A stretch of 63,666 nucleotides of DNA, counting the filler, from Basidiobolus ranarum (taxonomy: Eukaryota), in the NCBI GenBank assembly GCA_040143965.1. It is 13 parts of 13 records of this genome, joined end to end, with 100 filler letters (N's around TTAATTAATTAA, not from the genome) between each part and the next. Parts side by side here need not be neighbours in the genome. Positions count along the whole stretch, not along the records: positions 9,847 to 14,667 come from JASJQH010001819.1; positions 14,768 to 19,585 come from JASJQH010001820.1; positions 19,686 to 24,501 come from JASJQH010001821.1; positions 24,602 to 29,405 come from JASJQH010001822.1; 9 more parts are not named here. One strand, written 5' to 3'. Each line of letters begins with the position of its first letter. Positions within the stretch are counted from its first letter, which is position 1. Made by a program: the position numbers and the translations under genes. The notes beneath the pieces are model-generated. The model worked only from the letters and a program-made list of their open reading frames with translations. It did not search any database and was not told where the DNA came from. This document shows positions 13,855 through 25,525 of the stretch, one piece after another.

Positions 13855-14490
13855 GGTTAGGGGGGGATGAAAAGCACAAGGTGTAATCTTTATTTATCTC
13901 AAGTTGTACAACACAAATAAATAAAGAAGCCAAGAGAAAGTAAAAGTCTAAGGTTAATCTGACTAAGATCAATTTAGTGCAGCTTCCCAAACCTGTTCAT
14001 ATAAGACAAAAGTTTGGGGATGGATAACCTTAGCTTGGGAAATGTAGAAGTCTTTCATAAATTTTGTAACAAGTGGAGAGGGGGAGTTTCTTAGAAGTGA
14101 AGTAAATCTTTTAAGCAGAGTGTCCTTGCTGTGTCCAAGAGAAAAGTGGATAAAAAGTCTCAAACTTTACTGAACCAAAGAAACAGTTAAGTGCAGAATC
14201 TTAGAACTGTTTATGAAGGATATATCAGCAGAGCAGATCTGACTAATATATGTCTTGGGAATAGCAGTGGGTTGCTATGCTACGGCAGAGAGTAGGTTTG
14301 CTAGGCAGCTAGGCTTGGTGTTCTGCAAGTGCTAGTGGATACTAGGCTTGGATAGATATGAGAGGGGAATATTGACTTTGTTGAGAAACACTGAAGTGTT
14401 GAGATCCTATATTCATTGAGACATATGCTAAACCAAAAGGTTCAGTTAGCTTTATTTATACTTTATGATAGCAGAGTGAATTAGTCAGCA
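13855..14490 (-). mobile_element. Probable LINE 3' fragment of a second family sharing the same terminal motif
   Basis: The body differs from family A (LPSKPTLC-like C-terminal segment) but ends AATAAAGATTACACCTTGTGCTTTTCATCCCCCCCTAACC. Confidence 0.55.
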
Positions 14491-14491
14491 C

Positions 14492-14667
14492 TTAGGGGGG
14501 GGATGAAAAGCACCAGATGGTGTAGACTTTATTTAGCTCAAATACTAATCTAAACAAAGTGACAATCAAGAAATCAATCTTTTAAGATATTGTGACAATA
14601 CTGGATCATATCCATACTTAACCTGATGACCAATGTAATCAAGCTCAGAGGATGTAAATATAGTGTT
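14492..14667 (-). mobile_element. LINE 3' end, family A copy 3 (cut by contig end)
   Basis: Closely similar to 12984-13155; terminal motif CACCATCTGGTGCTTTTCATCCCCCCCCTAA. Confidence 0.8.
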
Positions 14668-14767
14668 NNNNNNNNNNNNNNNNNNNNNNNNNNNNNNNNN
14701 NNNNNNNNNNNTTAATTAATTAANNNNNNNNNNNNNNNNNNNNNNNNNNNNNNNNNNNNNNNNNNNN

Positions 14768-14900
14768 GAATCAATATACCATGTCTGAGAATCCTTGTTG
14801 GTAGTCATAGATACAGAAGATATGAACAAGTGATCTTCTGTTGTGGCCACATTTCCAGATTCAGTATGTTTTTCTTCTTTTGCAATTCTTTTAAACCTAA
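14768..14900 (-). mobile_element. Copia protease-region fragment
   Basis: Closely similar to 40810-40920 (…SQTWYIDS). Confidence 0.7.
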
Positions 14901-15099
14901 CAAAAATAAAATTGATTTGATCCAGATTGGATTCACCATTCTAAGTTGCAAAACCATCAGAGAACCATCACAATATTGGTGGCTTGCATTCTGCCAGGGA
15001 CTTTGATGGTATTCTGATGGTATTCATACAGGTTAAAATATTGATCCTCATAATTGGCGTGCATTATTAATTTCTGGCAATTTTTGCAAATTATACTTT

Positions 15100-18000
15100 T
15101 TGAATGGCAATTTACTAGGTTTACTGCTGTAGGAATTTGAATAAATATGCATGCCTGTATTGAGATATTTTAGGCTTTGTATTCCAGCCATAATGAGAAT
15201 CAAAAAATACAAGAATCTTGTTATGTTTAGTGTCTACATATGCAAATACTTGACCGATCAGACATAACTCATCAACATCAACATGAATTACCAGCAAACT
15301 AATGGTGGAAAAATTGCTAAACATCTGAAACTCCAAATAGCACTTACACTCGGCTAGTAGCTGACTCTTGTTACGATTCACAATGAGAATAAGCTCTTGG
15401 ATTTTGACAAATTTCCTTAAAGAATTTAGCCAATATATCCCTGACTTGCAGTCAACAAATGTCCTGCCACATGTAGATATGCCATTGCTTGAATAGATTA
15501 CCTCATGGCTAAAACAATAATACTGTGTGTCTCTATCTATCACACCAAGAAGTCTGTCTTGCAACTTTCCTTGAAATACCATCAGATTATTACACAAACA
15601 CATTAGTCCAAATTATAGAGGTACCTACTTAGTGTCCATGGATTGGGCTTTGTTGCTGTTATTGTGCTCAAACAATGTGAGAGCCCATGAGCATATTGAA
15701 CAGAGCCCTTTGTTGGATGGTTAATGTACTCAGGAGTCTCTTAAAACCAATTGCATTACATCCATTGCTGAGTTTGCTGATACATTATTAATCTGATTAG
15801 CATATGGTAATACTGACAATTTCACATGGAGCATCAATTTACCACAGGTGTGCTCAATAGGGAGCTCCCAGAATGTATAGCCAGGGCCTATAATCTCTGA
15901 GCATTGTGTAAGATGCAGCAGGGAATGTATTGAATACTGGCATAGATTCAGTTTATCTTCTTTAAACCTGTAATAAAGTTTTTCATATCAAATTACAAAA
16001 TCTTCACATAGTTGCTGTAGTTCTTTTGGCATGTAAGCAGCCACTATAACTGCAATATCCTAAGGGTTTTGTGAGGTGTTCAAAGGGTGTGATGACCACG
16101 GTTGAATAACTCTGGGATGAACTGTCATATGGGTCTGTCTCTTGCCTCTTGGGTATTTGTGAAAGGGAATGAAGCCTCTAAAAATGTCTAAGGACTGATA
16201 AACCACAATGCAATGTCCAGCTTTCTGTTGAACAAAATGCTGGTGCCTGACAAAAGTATATACTGGCTTCAATTTTCTTTGACAGTGATCAGATAAAAAG
16301 GGTATATCTAATCAAAAACAACTGTAAACTCAGCCAGCAGAGTCTTGTATGAGGATGCACTAGTAGTGATTTATCCAAGGATATGAAAGTTCCTTGCCTA
16401 TGCAGGCAAAGCTAGGAAAAAAAATTTAAAGTATCAAAAATATAATACCTACTTGTCAGTACTTCCTTTGAGCCAGTCAGGTCCTTTCTAGTCACACAGT
16501 AGCCTGTAACTGCCTCTGGTAGTCTCTCTTGATCTTCCTCTTCAAAGGTCTTGTAGGCAGTGATGAAAATAAGGGGTGAACACAAGTAGTAATTGTTTGT
16601 TGAAAACCAGAATGATTTTTATTTGAAATATTATGGCTCCTATTGACACTTTCCTGATGGTAGAGTTGATTACTAATGATAATTTCCAGTAAGTTCCAGA
16701 GAATTGTATTGGTGGGGATCTGGGGTTAAGATACCACTATAAATCATAAGATTAGTAATCCAGGGAATGCTCTGGAAGGTTGTAGAATAATCCAGAAAGT
16801 CATGGAATTTTCTGTCAAAGTCTAGTTTTGATTGGTCACAACTCAATCAATGATTGAATATTCCAAGAATCTGGTGGAATGTTCCGGATATTGTAGAATT
16901 TTCCAGAAAATAATACGGCTGCTGTGGGTTAATATTGATAAATCTGAAATAATAAGGGATAATACTAATGGTGCAATATGATTAGCTAGGAAATGTAGAT
17001 AAGTTAAATATGGATGATAATTTAGAAATTGTGCAATAGTAATGATATGGGCTTGGAGTAGAAATAAGTCAACTGGCCTCACTACATTGCTGTATCTGCC
17101 TGAGATCTGCCAATGTGAGTTGATGCAATAAGAATATATTAACAATATCAACAAACAACTCCAAATGTTGCCAATACTTATCAGGCAGAAATCCGTTCCA
17201 AATACCAGTTGAATATATACAAATCCAATACTTCCAGTCCTTGAATTTGAATAAAATCCTAGATGAGTGTATATTGATGGTAGTCCTGGTAAAATATGAT
17301 GGTATCTTGAGGTTTTCAAGCATTTTTCCACTTGATTCAAAACTCTGATCCTATTTCAAATGGCTCATTCATATTGAATTTTCCACTATATAGCTGAGTA
17401 CGTAGTATTGGAAAATTGTTGAATAGTAAGTGCATAGTCTCTAATGGGAAGCTCTGGCTCTAGCTGATCCCCTTTAGCAATATAATCTTAGGCTTACAGC
17501 TAATACCAAGTTTGATGTTAGACTGACTATTTGGTGATTTGATATCAGTGATCATATTGAAATCTGACCGGGCTCTTGATGGTAAATCATGAAGTTTGGT
17601 GTTGTATTTGGATAGTAGTAATGCATATGCCTGTTAAAGTAAACTCCATTAATTTTACAAAACCTACAGCAAGATAGTGCATTGGGCCCATGAAAACTCC
17701 AAGTTTATGGATGGCAGGAGTGTTACCGATACATACAATAATGTTAGCTTTAATAAAATATTCACCCATCTGAACCCCATTAGATAACCTTTCAAATTAC
17801 ACAATCAAAGGCACCAATAAGCTATCTATAAGCACTGGTGATTTAGGTCCAGATATGATGGATGGTATCAAAATATGATGACTTTTATACCTTTCAGAAG
17901 GAGGAAGATTTAAGTTGATTAAAATTATTGGCCAGCAAGCCTTTCCAATGGTCTATTTGTTTAGTGACAAACCATCCAGAGCCAATGCAAATGCATGATC

Positions 18001-18130
18001 ATACATGTTCCCAAAGAAACTGTGGTATGAGAAAAATTTTGTTAAAAAAGAACACTCAATATACAAGGGTACTACTTTAGGTGTATCCCATCAAAATCAT
18101 CAGACGATTCTGAGATAGTATTGTTTATAA
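15100..18130 (-). mobile_element. Degenerate CACTA/EnSpm (Transposase_21/Tnp2-like) transposase, interrupted at about 16400-17570 by other repeat DNA
   Basis: DHAFALALDG..ACWPIILINLNLPPSERYK..ISGPKSPVLIDSLLVPL..IIVCIGNTPAI (about 17700-18000) and YEKLYYRFK..SLLHLTQCSEIIGPGYTFWELPIEHTCGKL..PYAN (about 15800-16000). Confidence 0.8.
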
Positions 18131-19427
18131 GTCATTAGGAAATTTCCAAGATATTTCCCGTGATGGATGACAATTTTGGTTTATTGAAAGTTGCTTCTAA
18201 GCTGTTTTATTACACCAAGTTAACTATCTGAATATTCAATTCCATTAATAAGCATTCAAAATCTAAATCAAAATTGGCCTACAAGCAATAGTCTGCAGCA
18301 GGAAAGGAAATAGCCAGTAAGAACAGAGGACTTAATTGATAAGCAGTCTAGTAATCTACTATGCACTCTGGAAGGCATTAACATACTGGAAACTCACTCA
18401 AGTAATGATGAAGTACTAATCAATTTACCAATGTGTTCCTTTTTAGCAATGGTGCAAGTGAAAAGATTAAAAATCCCCAATTATGTAGTAAATCAATAGT
18501 AGAGCAAAGTTTGACAGAAACACCATTGCAACCATTAACTTCCAAATTGCTTACTTTGACAACTATTGATCACCCCTCCATACACAATTAGGATAGGATC
18601 ATTACTACCAGTGAACCTCAGGCAGAATACCATAATGCTTTGTATGCAATCAAAAGTAAAAACCACAAAGTTGCTATACAGGCTGCAACAAGCAATAATG
18701 AAGCCATAATTCAATAATTTAGCATAAAAAGCAACTAGTCAACAGTTAGAGAGTCATTTTGTTATGATGCAAGACCTTCCAAATGATGTACTTGTGGTCC
18801 AGCAACATGCTGATCCTTCAGTCCATCCTAATATGGGAGTTCAATCTATCCCACCCCATATGTAAGAACATCACTGTGACATTCCAGCAGAGCAGAATAT
18901 GGGTTGGACCTTTAAGCCACCATAGTGACTCAAAATTGATTGGCCACATGAAAGTAGAAATCCTATTCAAAAGCCAGCAAGCCAAAAGACTCTGAATATC
19001 AGAGCTGCTGTCACTTAGCCCGATGATGAATGGTTAAACATTTTGGAAACTTTGCAGAGTCATGCCCAAAATCACCTTAATTTGAACCAATTGTGGATAA
19101 ACTACAGACCTGGCCTTACTCAGAGGGTTCTTAACTTGTTTCATTTAGCTTTTACTAGGTTTTTGCAAGTAAATGGCAAGTAAAGGCCTATTTGTGAACT
19201 TCTCAAAAATCAAAGCAGTTATTGATTTGGAAAAGAATCAAGCAGCTGAATATGTACTCAAGCAGCAGGAAGTAAGTAAACCTATAAGAGAAGCAAAGGG
19301 TCCAGTTAGTTCAGGCTTCACTGTCCCAGTTACCAAATTCTTCACATCACTACAAAGATCTGTATTCTCAGAGTCAGATACACCAGCAGATGTAATGGTA
19401 AAAAGGCTTACTTTTACTATGCTACCA

Positions 19428-19585
19428 TGATAAAAGTGTTTAGGGGAGTTGGAAGTGTTTTGGACAAGATTTGCATTTGTGAATTGGACACTTAAGTTTT
19501 ATTGAATTGAATATGTCCTATTTATAGTTTACTATGAAATAGGACTATTGGACGTGCTTAGATCATAACAAACATGCCTGTTAAG
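19428..19585 (-). mobile_element. Partial Copia LTR
   Basis: Reverse complement of the 3' half of the LTR at 55465-55814. Confidence 0.85.
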
Positions 19586-20162
19586 NNNNNNNNNNNNNNN
19601 NNNNNNNNNNNNNNNNNNNNNNNNNNNNNTTAATTAATTAANNNNNNNNNNNNNNNNNNNNNNNNNNNNNNNNNNNNNNNNNNNNAGTTCAATTTCTTGC
19701 TATGATACATGTGAAAGTAACGTATATTACCAGAGATCTCACTTGCATTATGAATGGAAGGCAAATTAAGATTAACGATTAATCAGACAATGTTACTCAA
19801 ATTAAATCACCGGATCCAAATCACCTTAAATCTCTCGTAAAACATGGAGAATTTAGAGTTTCTTACTTTCACTGTAAAGTTGGGTATCTTCAATACAATT
19901 TTTACAAAGGAAAAATCGAACTTGATTCTAACATTACCATAATTAATGGCGATAATATCCCTTAATAAAAAATACAACCCATCCATGATAGTTTCTGTTC
20001 AAGGATTTTCACGGTGAGTGTCAATGGGCTATGATAAGGATTCCTTCCTTTCAGAATATAACTGTGAAGTGGTAACAAGATCATTCACCGGGTGTCGAAG
20101 AAACTTCTATTATTGTTCGATTTAGAAAACAATATACTGTACAACTGGGGATTCTTAATAAT

Positions 20163-20630
20163 TTAATTGTATTGCCGACCAGAACGAAAATGACTCTGTT
20201 GACCATTTCTGCGGGAGATTCCTTTTTCATATTCGTTATCGTACTTGTCTTGTTCGTATTGACGGCCATAGTGAGAGTGAAGATAGTTTCGTTGATCATT
20301 TCTGTCGGAGATGCTGCGTTCATATTTGTTAACATACTCATCTTGTTCGTATTGACGACCATAACTAGAACAAGAATAGTTCAACTGACCATTTCTGCGA
20401 GACACACCACGTTCATATTCGTTATCATACTTGTCTTATTCGCGTTAACGACTATAGCGAGAGTGAGGATAGTTTTGTTGACCATTTCTACCAGAGAAAC
20501 CGTGATAGTATTCGTTATCGTAATCATCTTGCTCCTATTGACGTCCATAATGAGAGTTCTTTTGCTGACCACTTCTGCGAGTCGAGCCTCCTTTGAAGCG
20601 GCTTTGTGATCGAGGTTAGTTGGAGGGCAT
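20163..20630 (-). pseudogene. Pseudogenised Q/N/Y/R-rich protein built from 93-bp (31-aa) tandem repeats
   Basis: ATG at 20630 with TATAAAA about 75 nt upstream. Repeat anchors at 20201, 20294, 20387, 20480 and 20567; consensus SRRNGQQNYxHSxYGRQYEQDKYDNEYExGI. Four in-frame stops. Confidence 0.7.
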
Positions 20631-21799
20631 GTTAGAAATATTGGTTCTACCGGTTATCAAATGAATTAATATTCAAGTATAGTGCTCTATTTACTTGCTG
20701 CTCCATTTTATAACAAGAAGTGGCTTAGAAGACTGACACGTGAAGGCTAAGCTACCATCTTGATGGATTACTCCTAGGGCAATACCCAATAATTCCATAA
20801 AATGTTTAGTATATTCTGGTATGGATGATTCAAATATCTCCCCAATAGTAGATATTGCGCATAAGATTGGTTGGAATACTACATAGATTGAGAGTAATCT
20901 GTAGGATAATAGTGTTGCCCTTCATAGGTCTGATTAGAACCTTGGGGCCAGGCACTTGCTACAGTAGCTGTAACCCTAAGGAAAATTGCGCTCTTACCAT
21001 GTGCAATGCGCTCTTACCGGAATGGCACTAAGGCGTCTTGACTAATCAAATCACTAAGATTCTGCACTCTTACCAAGAGAGCAGCCTGGCATAGGTAGTA
21101 GGAGACCTAAATTCTGAAGAGGCTTACTAATAAGAACCGAGTGTCTTTTGATGTTTTAAGGATAGAGAAACAAGGCAAATGGGCATGACCTATGATTACA
21201 AATGTACCAATTCGGTAATTGTATATGTTTTTCCTTTAATCAGGTTTTTTAAGCTTAATCGCCTCTTCGCCTTTAATCTTAAGAGAGCGGGGCAAAATCG
21301 TATCATTGGATGCGAGTAACCTACTAGTGTTTCTAGTTGCATATATATTGTTACTTATGATAATCAACCAGTGCCTTGATTCTTAAAGGCTTTATAAGGA
21401 GCACTAAGCAACTTTAGAACAATATATGAGCTCATTGCTAGGGCTTTCAATAGCAAATAACGCACTATCTTCATTGGACAGCAATTATATTCCCAGCTAG
21501 AAACTGTTCATTCCCTTTCATACATCAGTATTGTGCATAAAGTGGCTTTTAATCACTCCTGATGGTAAAGCTCCACTGAGGTCCACTTGACATGATATAC
21601 CCCTTAAGATTTTCCTGATTTCTGAGCTTTTCATTGAGCTTTTGCCAGCCGTAGTGGTATTCTGGAGTTGACTATATATTAGACGTTCTTATCTCCTAGT
21701 TTGATTGATGAAATAGTACCTTTTGTTCAACAATGACTTGAGCGTAGCTGGTTAAGTAGTTGCTCTTACCTGCTACACTACAGAAGTCTCAGTCTGAGA

Positions 21800-22450
21800 A
21801 AATGCAATCCTATGCGTGGTTGGTGGTGCAGCAAATAGGGTTAGGGTTATACCAAATATCACAAAGAATCAGCTCACCCAGAAGCATGCTAGGCTAATTC
21901 AAGAAGGACAGCCTACTCTTTTTGCAACTATGGCTTTTACTTACAACCAAGCAGTACTGGAGATCACCGAGATTCCCCACAGCAAAGAGCCAACGTATTC
22001 CTTTACAAAGATCAATATCCTTTTGCATGACTATCAAGAACTATTGTGAAGGTTGTGGCAGTGCCATATAATACTGACTATTTGATGGTTAAGGCAAATC
22101 ATGTCCTAGGGTATGTACCTGTCACTTCTCTTGCCCAACTGAGGGCAGGGTTTCGTACTATCAAGAGTGACTACACTCCTGTGTTCGAGGACTCCCTGAT
22201 GTGATATTCAGCTGGTCTTGCCATGGCAGGATCTATTCCATACTATGGAAACTCAATATGCTATATGTAGGGATTAATCCTTTGGGAGGGAAAATATGTC
22301 TATATTTCTCGTGAGCACCTCTGCCTATAGACTTAAATACATGGCAGTCATATCGACTAGTATTTGATTTCAGTCATTAATAGATGTATAAAGTACGGAG
22401 CTTTTGTACGAACTACCACTTCAAGATGCTTGTGATTCTTCCATCACACT
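21800..22450 (+). pseudogene. Decayed ORF, possibly an endogenised negative-strand RNA virus nucleoprotein
   Basis: The frame from 22082 reads LMVKANHVLGYVPVTSLAQLRAGF..PVFEDSLM*YSAGLAMAGSIPYYG..KYVYISREHL. Resemblance to chuvirus-type N core is from memory only. Confidence 0.35.
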
Positions 22451-23761
22451 GTTGTACTATCTTGGTGTTTAGGGATGCACTGCTTGCTATGGGCTGTCAG
22501 CCAGGTTGTTGCACCAATTACTAAGGTGAAGTGGCTCAGGGTAGTGGGTAGGGCAGGTGATGCTAAGGTCAGACCCATGCTATAGCCAGCAACTTGAACC
22601 CAGTGCCTTGGACTACTCGGCCACCTCACCAGTTTACTCATCTGCAAACCTTGCATGACTTTCTGCACTGGAAGCCTTAAATAACGCTGTTGAAGTAAGC
22701 TTTCTACTCCTCATGAACCGTAAGGGATGAATACTAATTTTATCGTAGGTACCTACATATGCTCTGTACAAAGACAACTACTGATGTCTTCTACTTTACA
22801 AACTTAGTCAGTAACACCATTACTGGAAAAGATGACCGATTGAAGCCAAGACCTGAACCCTAGACTCGAAGGGGTCAAAGTTATCTATACCTATCTCTAT
22901 CAATCCATGTAATTACTTAAGCAAAATGGGCTCAAATAGTTCACTTATAGTGCTCTAGTATTCTATATCAACAACGGAACTTCCTTAACCAGCTTTACGA
23001 TCATTAACGGCAATCAAAGAAGACGAAAGAAGTGCAAACATTTAGGCCTAACCTCGTATGGGAACAGATGCTCCACTCTGAGCAGGATTGAAAACTATCT
23101 GGAAGATGGAGATTATGTGATATATATAAGCTCAAGTGAAGTATATTGAACCTGTTAGGTTACATGCAAAACATGATTAAATGCTATAATATTGATATAC
23201 ACAATATTAAAGCGTACTTCTATCAATCTCTTGTCCATAGAGTTTGTATATCGTCAAGCAACAAAACCGTAAGAAAAGTTTTGGCATAAGACTAAGTAGT
23301 TCTATCAGTTTCTTAGAGTAGGCAAGGAAAAATTAGACTTCTCAACATCTTGTTTCAAGTCATTGATTTGAAATGCTTTGCCAACATAAAACAAATGATA
23401 CTTCAAGATGTGTCAAAAGATATATGTGATATACTATCTGAAATACCAAAGAAACCATGATAGGTGACTTGCTTTCCCAACATATATAAGTATCTAGTGA
23501 GGAGTTCAAAAAATCCCTGACCCTAATACCTTCCTGAGTGAGTAGTTGCAAAATAATTAATGTTATGTTACGACAAGCAATGACTTTATTATCTAGGTAT
23601 ACTTGACAAGCTACCCGAGTACGAAACACCAAAGATAAAGCAGATAGAATCGATAAAACAGATGGAATCAACCTAGACTAGGTATAACGTTGTAAGTGAG
23701 CTACATTATGCATATATTACTCATATAGTCCTAATGCATAGTATAGAAATAAATAACAGCA

Positions 23762-24501
23762 TCAATTTGAAGTTGCCGTTGTAAATGTAGTTGTTGCAAA
23801 ACCTATTTGAAGTTAGTTAGACGTGCGTATTAGCAATATTTATGTTATAACATACCGATTCTTCTGTTTGCAGTGTCATACACAGTATAGAATCTTTCTA
23901 AGAATGCCAAACCCAAAATGAAATCCAACCCTTGTCCAGATTTGGTTCCTTGATCTCCAAAAGCCAGATATATATCTCCGGCTTTCCCACCTATCTGGGT
24001 GTTCATCGACCGCGGAATTATACAGGCGTTTGCGGTGAGTTCCAATGTTGTACCTCCAATGGTGATGAATAGTGACTGTAGAGATTCGAATTGTGCCGCA
24101 GTTAGTTTTGGTAATCCAGTTGCTTGATCCAATACCGCACCCGTGGCTTTCATGAAACTCTGAAAGGCCTCAGAAGGAAGCAACACCAATGTTGTCCCTG
24201 AATCAACTATTCCCGGGGTATTTGACAAAATGGGAGTGGCGCTTCCGTAGCGGATTGAGCCGTCAATGCCCCAGAATTGACTGGCTGGTGATGCTGTGGT
24301 TATCGGAGCGTAAGTAATACTACCAGTGAACTTTGATGAATCAGTGCCACCAAAGATAATTTCCCCATTTACTTGAGCCTCCGCCGTAGCTGGCTCAAAG
24401 TAAATACTGAAAATGTCACTGGGTATTGTTCCCTGTGCGAAAAGAGTGTCAACGACGGTAGGAATAATGGATGAACTATCAGGTGATAATGTTCCAAGAG
24501 T
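23762..24501 (-). CDS. Pepsin-family (A1) aspartic protease, C-terminal lobe; 5' part missing
   Basis: GEIIFGGTDSSKFTGSITYAP..FWGID..GIVDSGTTL..FILGLAFLERFYTVYDTANRRIG; intron 23803-23855; last exon FATTTFTTATSN*. Confidence 0.95.
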
Positions 24502-25525
24502 NNNNNNNNNNNNNNNNNNNNNNNNNNNNNNNNNNNNNNNNNNNNTTAATTAATTAANNNNNNNNNNNNNNNNNNNNNNNNNNNNNNNNNNNNNNNNNNN
24601 NGTTTTCGTCCACTTTGTCATTTGACATGTGTCTATAAAAATCATTGCCATTGTCTAATTTTTTTGTTCACTTATCTCTAATATTTTGCAATTGTCCCAT
24701 TTATTTTATGAAATACCTAATTGATTTTTTAATTCGTCTCATTTTAGATTAAAACACTGTACCTGCATTCTTTATTTTGCTTATGCTTCAGATGGAGTAA
24801 GTTACCCGAACCTCAACCGAGTCAATTCATCGATGGCAACAATAAAGTTTGCCTTCTTTTCAAGGGTATTGTCGCAGTTAGCATCGCTGATCAGGGTCAG
24901 GGCCAGTCTACGAGACAAAAATGGAAAACTAAGTGGCGTTTGCGCTCACAACCATGAATGTTCGATCAGTTATGAGTGAGAGGTGAAGCGCTCACCAGAT
25001 GAATTTGAGAGTACATAATGTATTAATTTCTTCAGTGGGTGCAAGAGAGGGAGTCTTGATCTTCTCAAGAGTTCTATTCCGGTTGTCAACAAATAAAGAT
25101 TTTTTGTATTATGATTGATTAAGGTTATTGCCTTAACGCACTCAAGGGCGGTAAACCCAATTTTCCGACTTGCAGGGTCTGAAGATGTGTCTACCCAAGA
25201 GATTTTTCCGTTTTTTGCCGTATTGATGGGTATCATGGGAACGGATAAAGTCGCTGGAAAGGGCCAAAGGGAACTCAGAAGTGATACCAATACGGATTAA
25301 ATGGTCACACCTAACTAATATTCAAAGTCTTCATTCACCAATGAAATTTACGTACTTCCATTAGTGGCACTTGTTCCTACTAGTATTTTCATTATCCTAA
25401 CCTTCATACAGTCTTCACTCTTTACTTCACTTTTTCCCGTGGTCAGCACCCTTTATACTACTTTACCTTCCTCTGCAAAGGATAACTGAGAATTTTGTTT
25501 AGCTCGTGGTTAGTCGACTAAATAT

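Noticed and set aside
14620-14660. CTGATGA as a hammerhead ribozyme core
   Set aside because: No properly placed GAAA or stems; it is antisense to LINE coding sequence and not conserved in the sister copies.
20172-20609. 145-aa hydrophobic plus-strand ORF resembling a membrane protein
   Set aside because: It is the antisense shadow of the hydrophilic 93-bp repeat; TATA and ATG support the minus strand.
20163-20630. TAA read as Gln (alternative genetic code)
   Set aside because: FHIP, DUF924, lipase and eIF1 all end normally at TAA, and one of the stops is at a Tyr position.
20163-20630. CRISPR-like periodicity here and at 32299-32369
   Set aside because: Whole units repeat with no unique spacers; the context is eukaryotic and there are no cas genes.
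21836-21850. TAGGGTTAGGGTTA as a telomere or element tail
   Set aside because: Only two units, internal to the contig, and lacking the hairpin motif.
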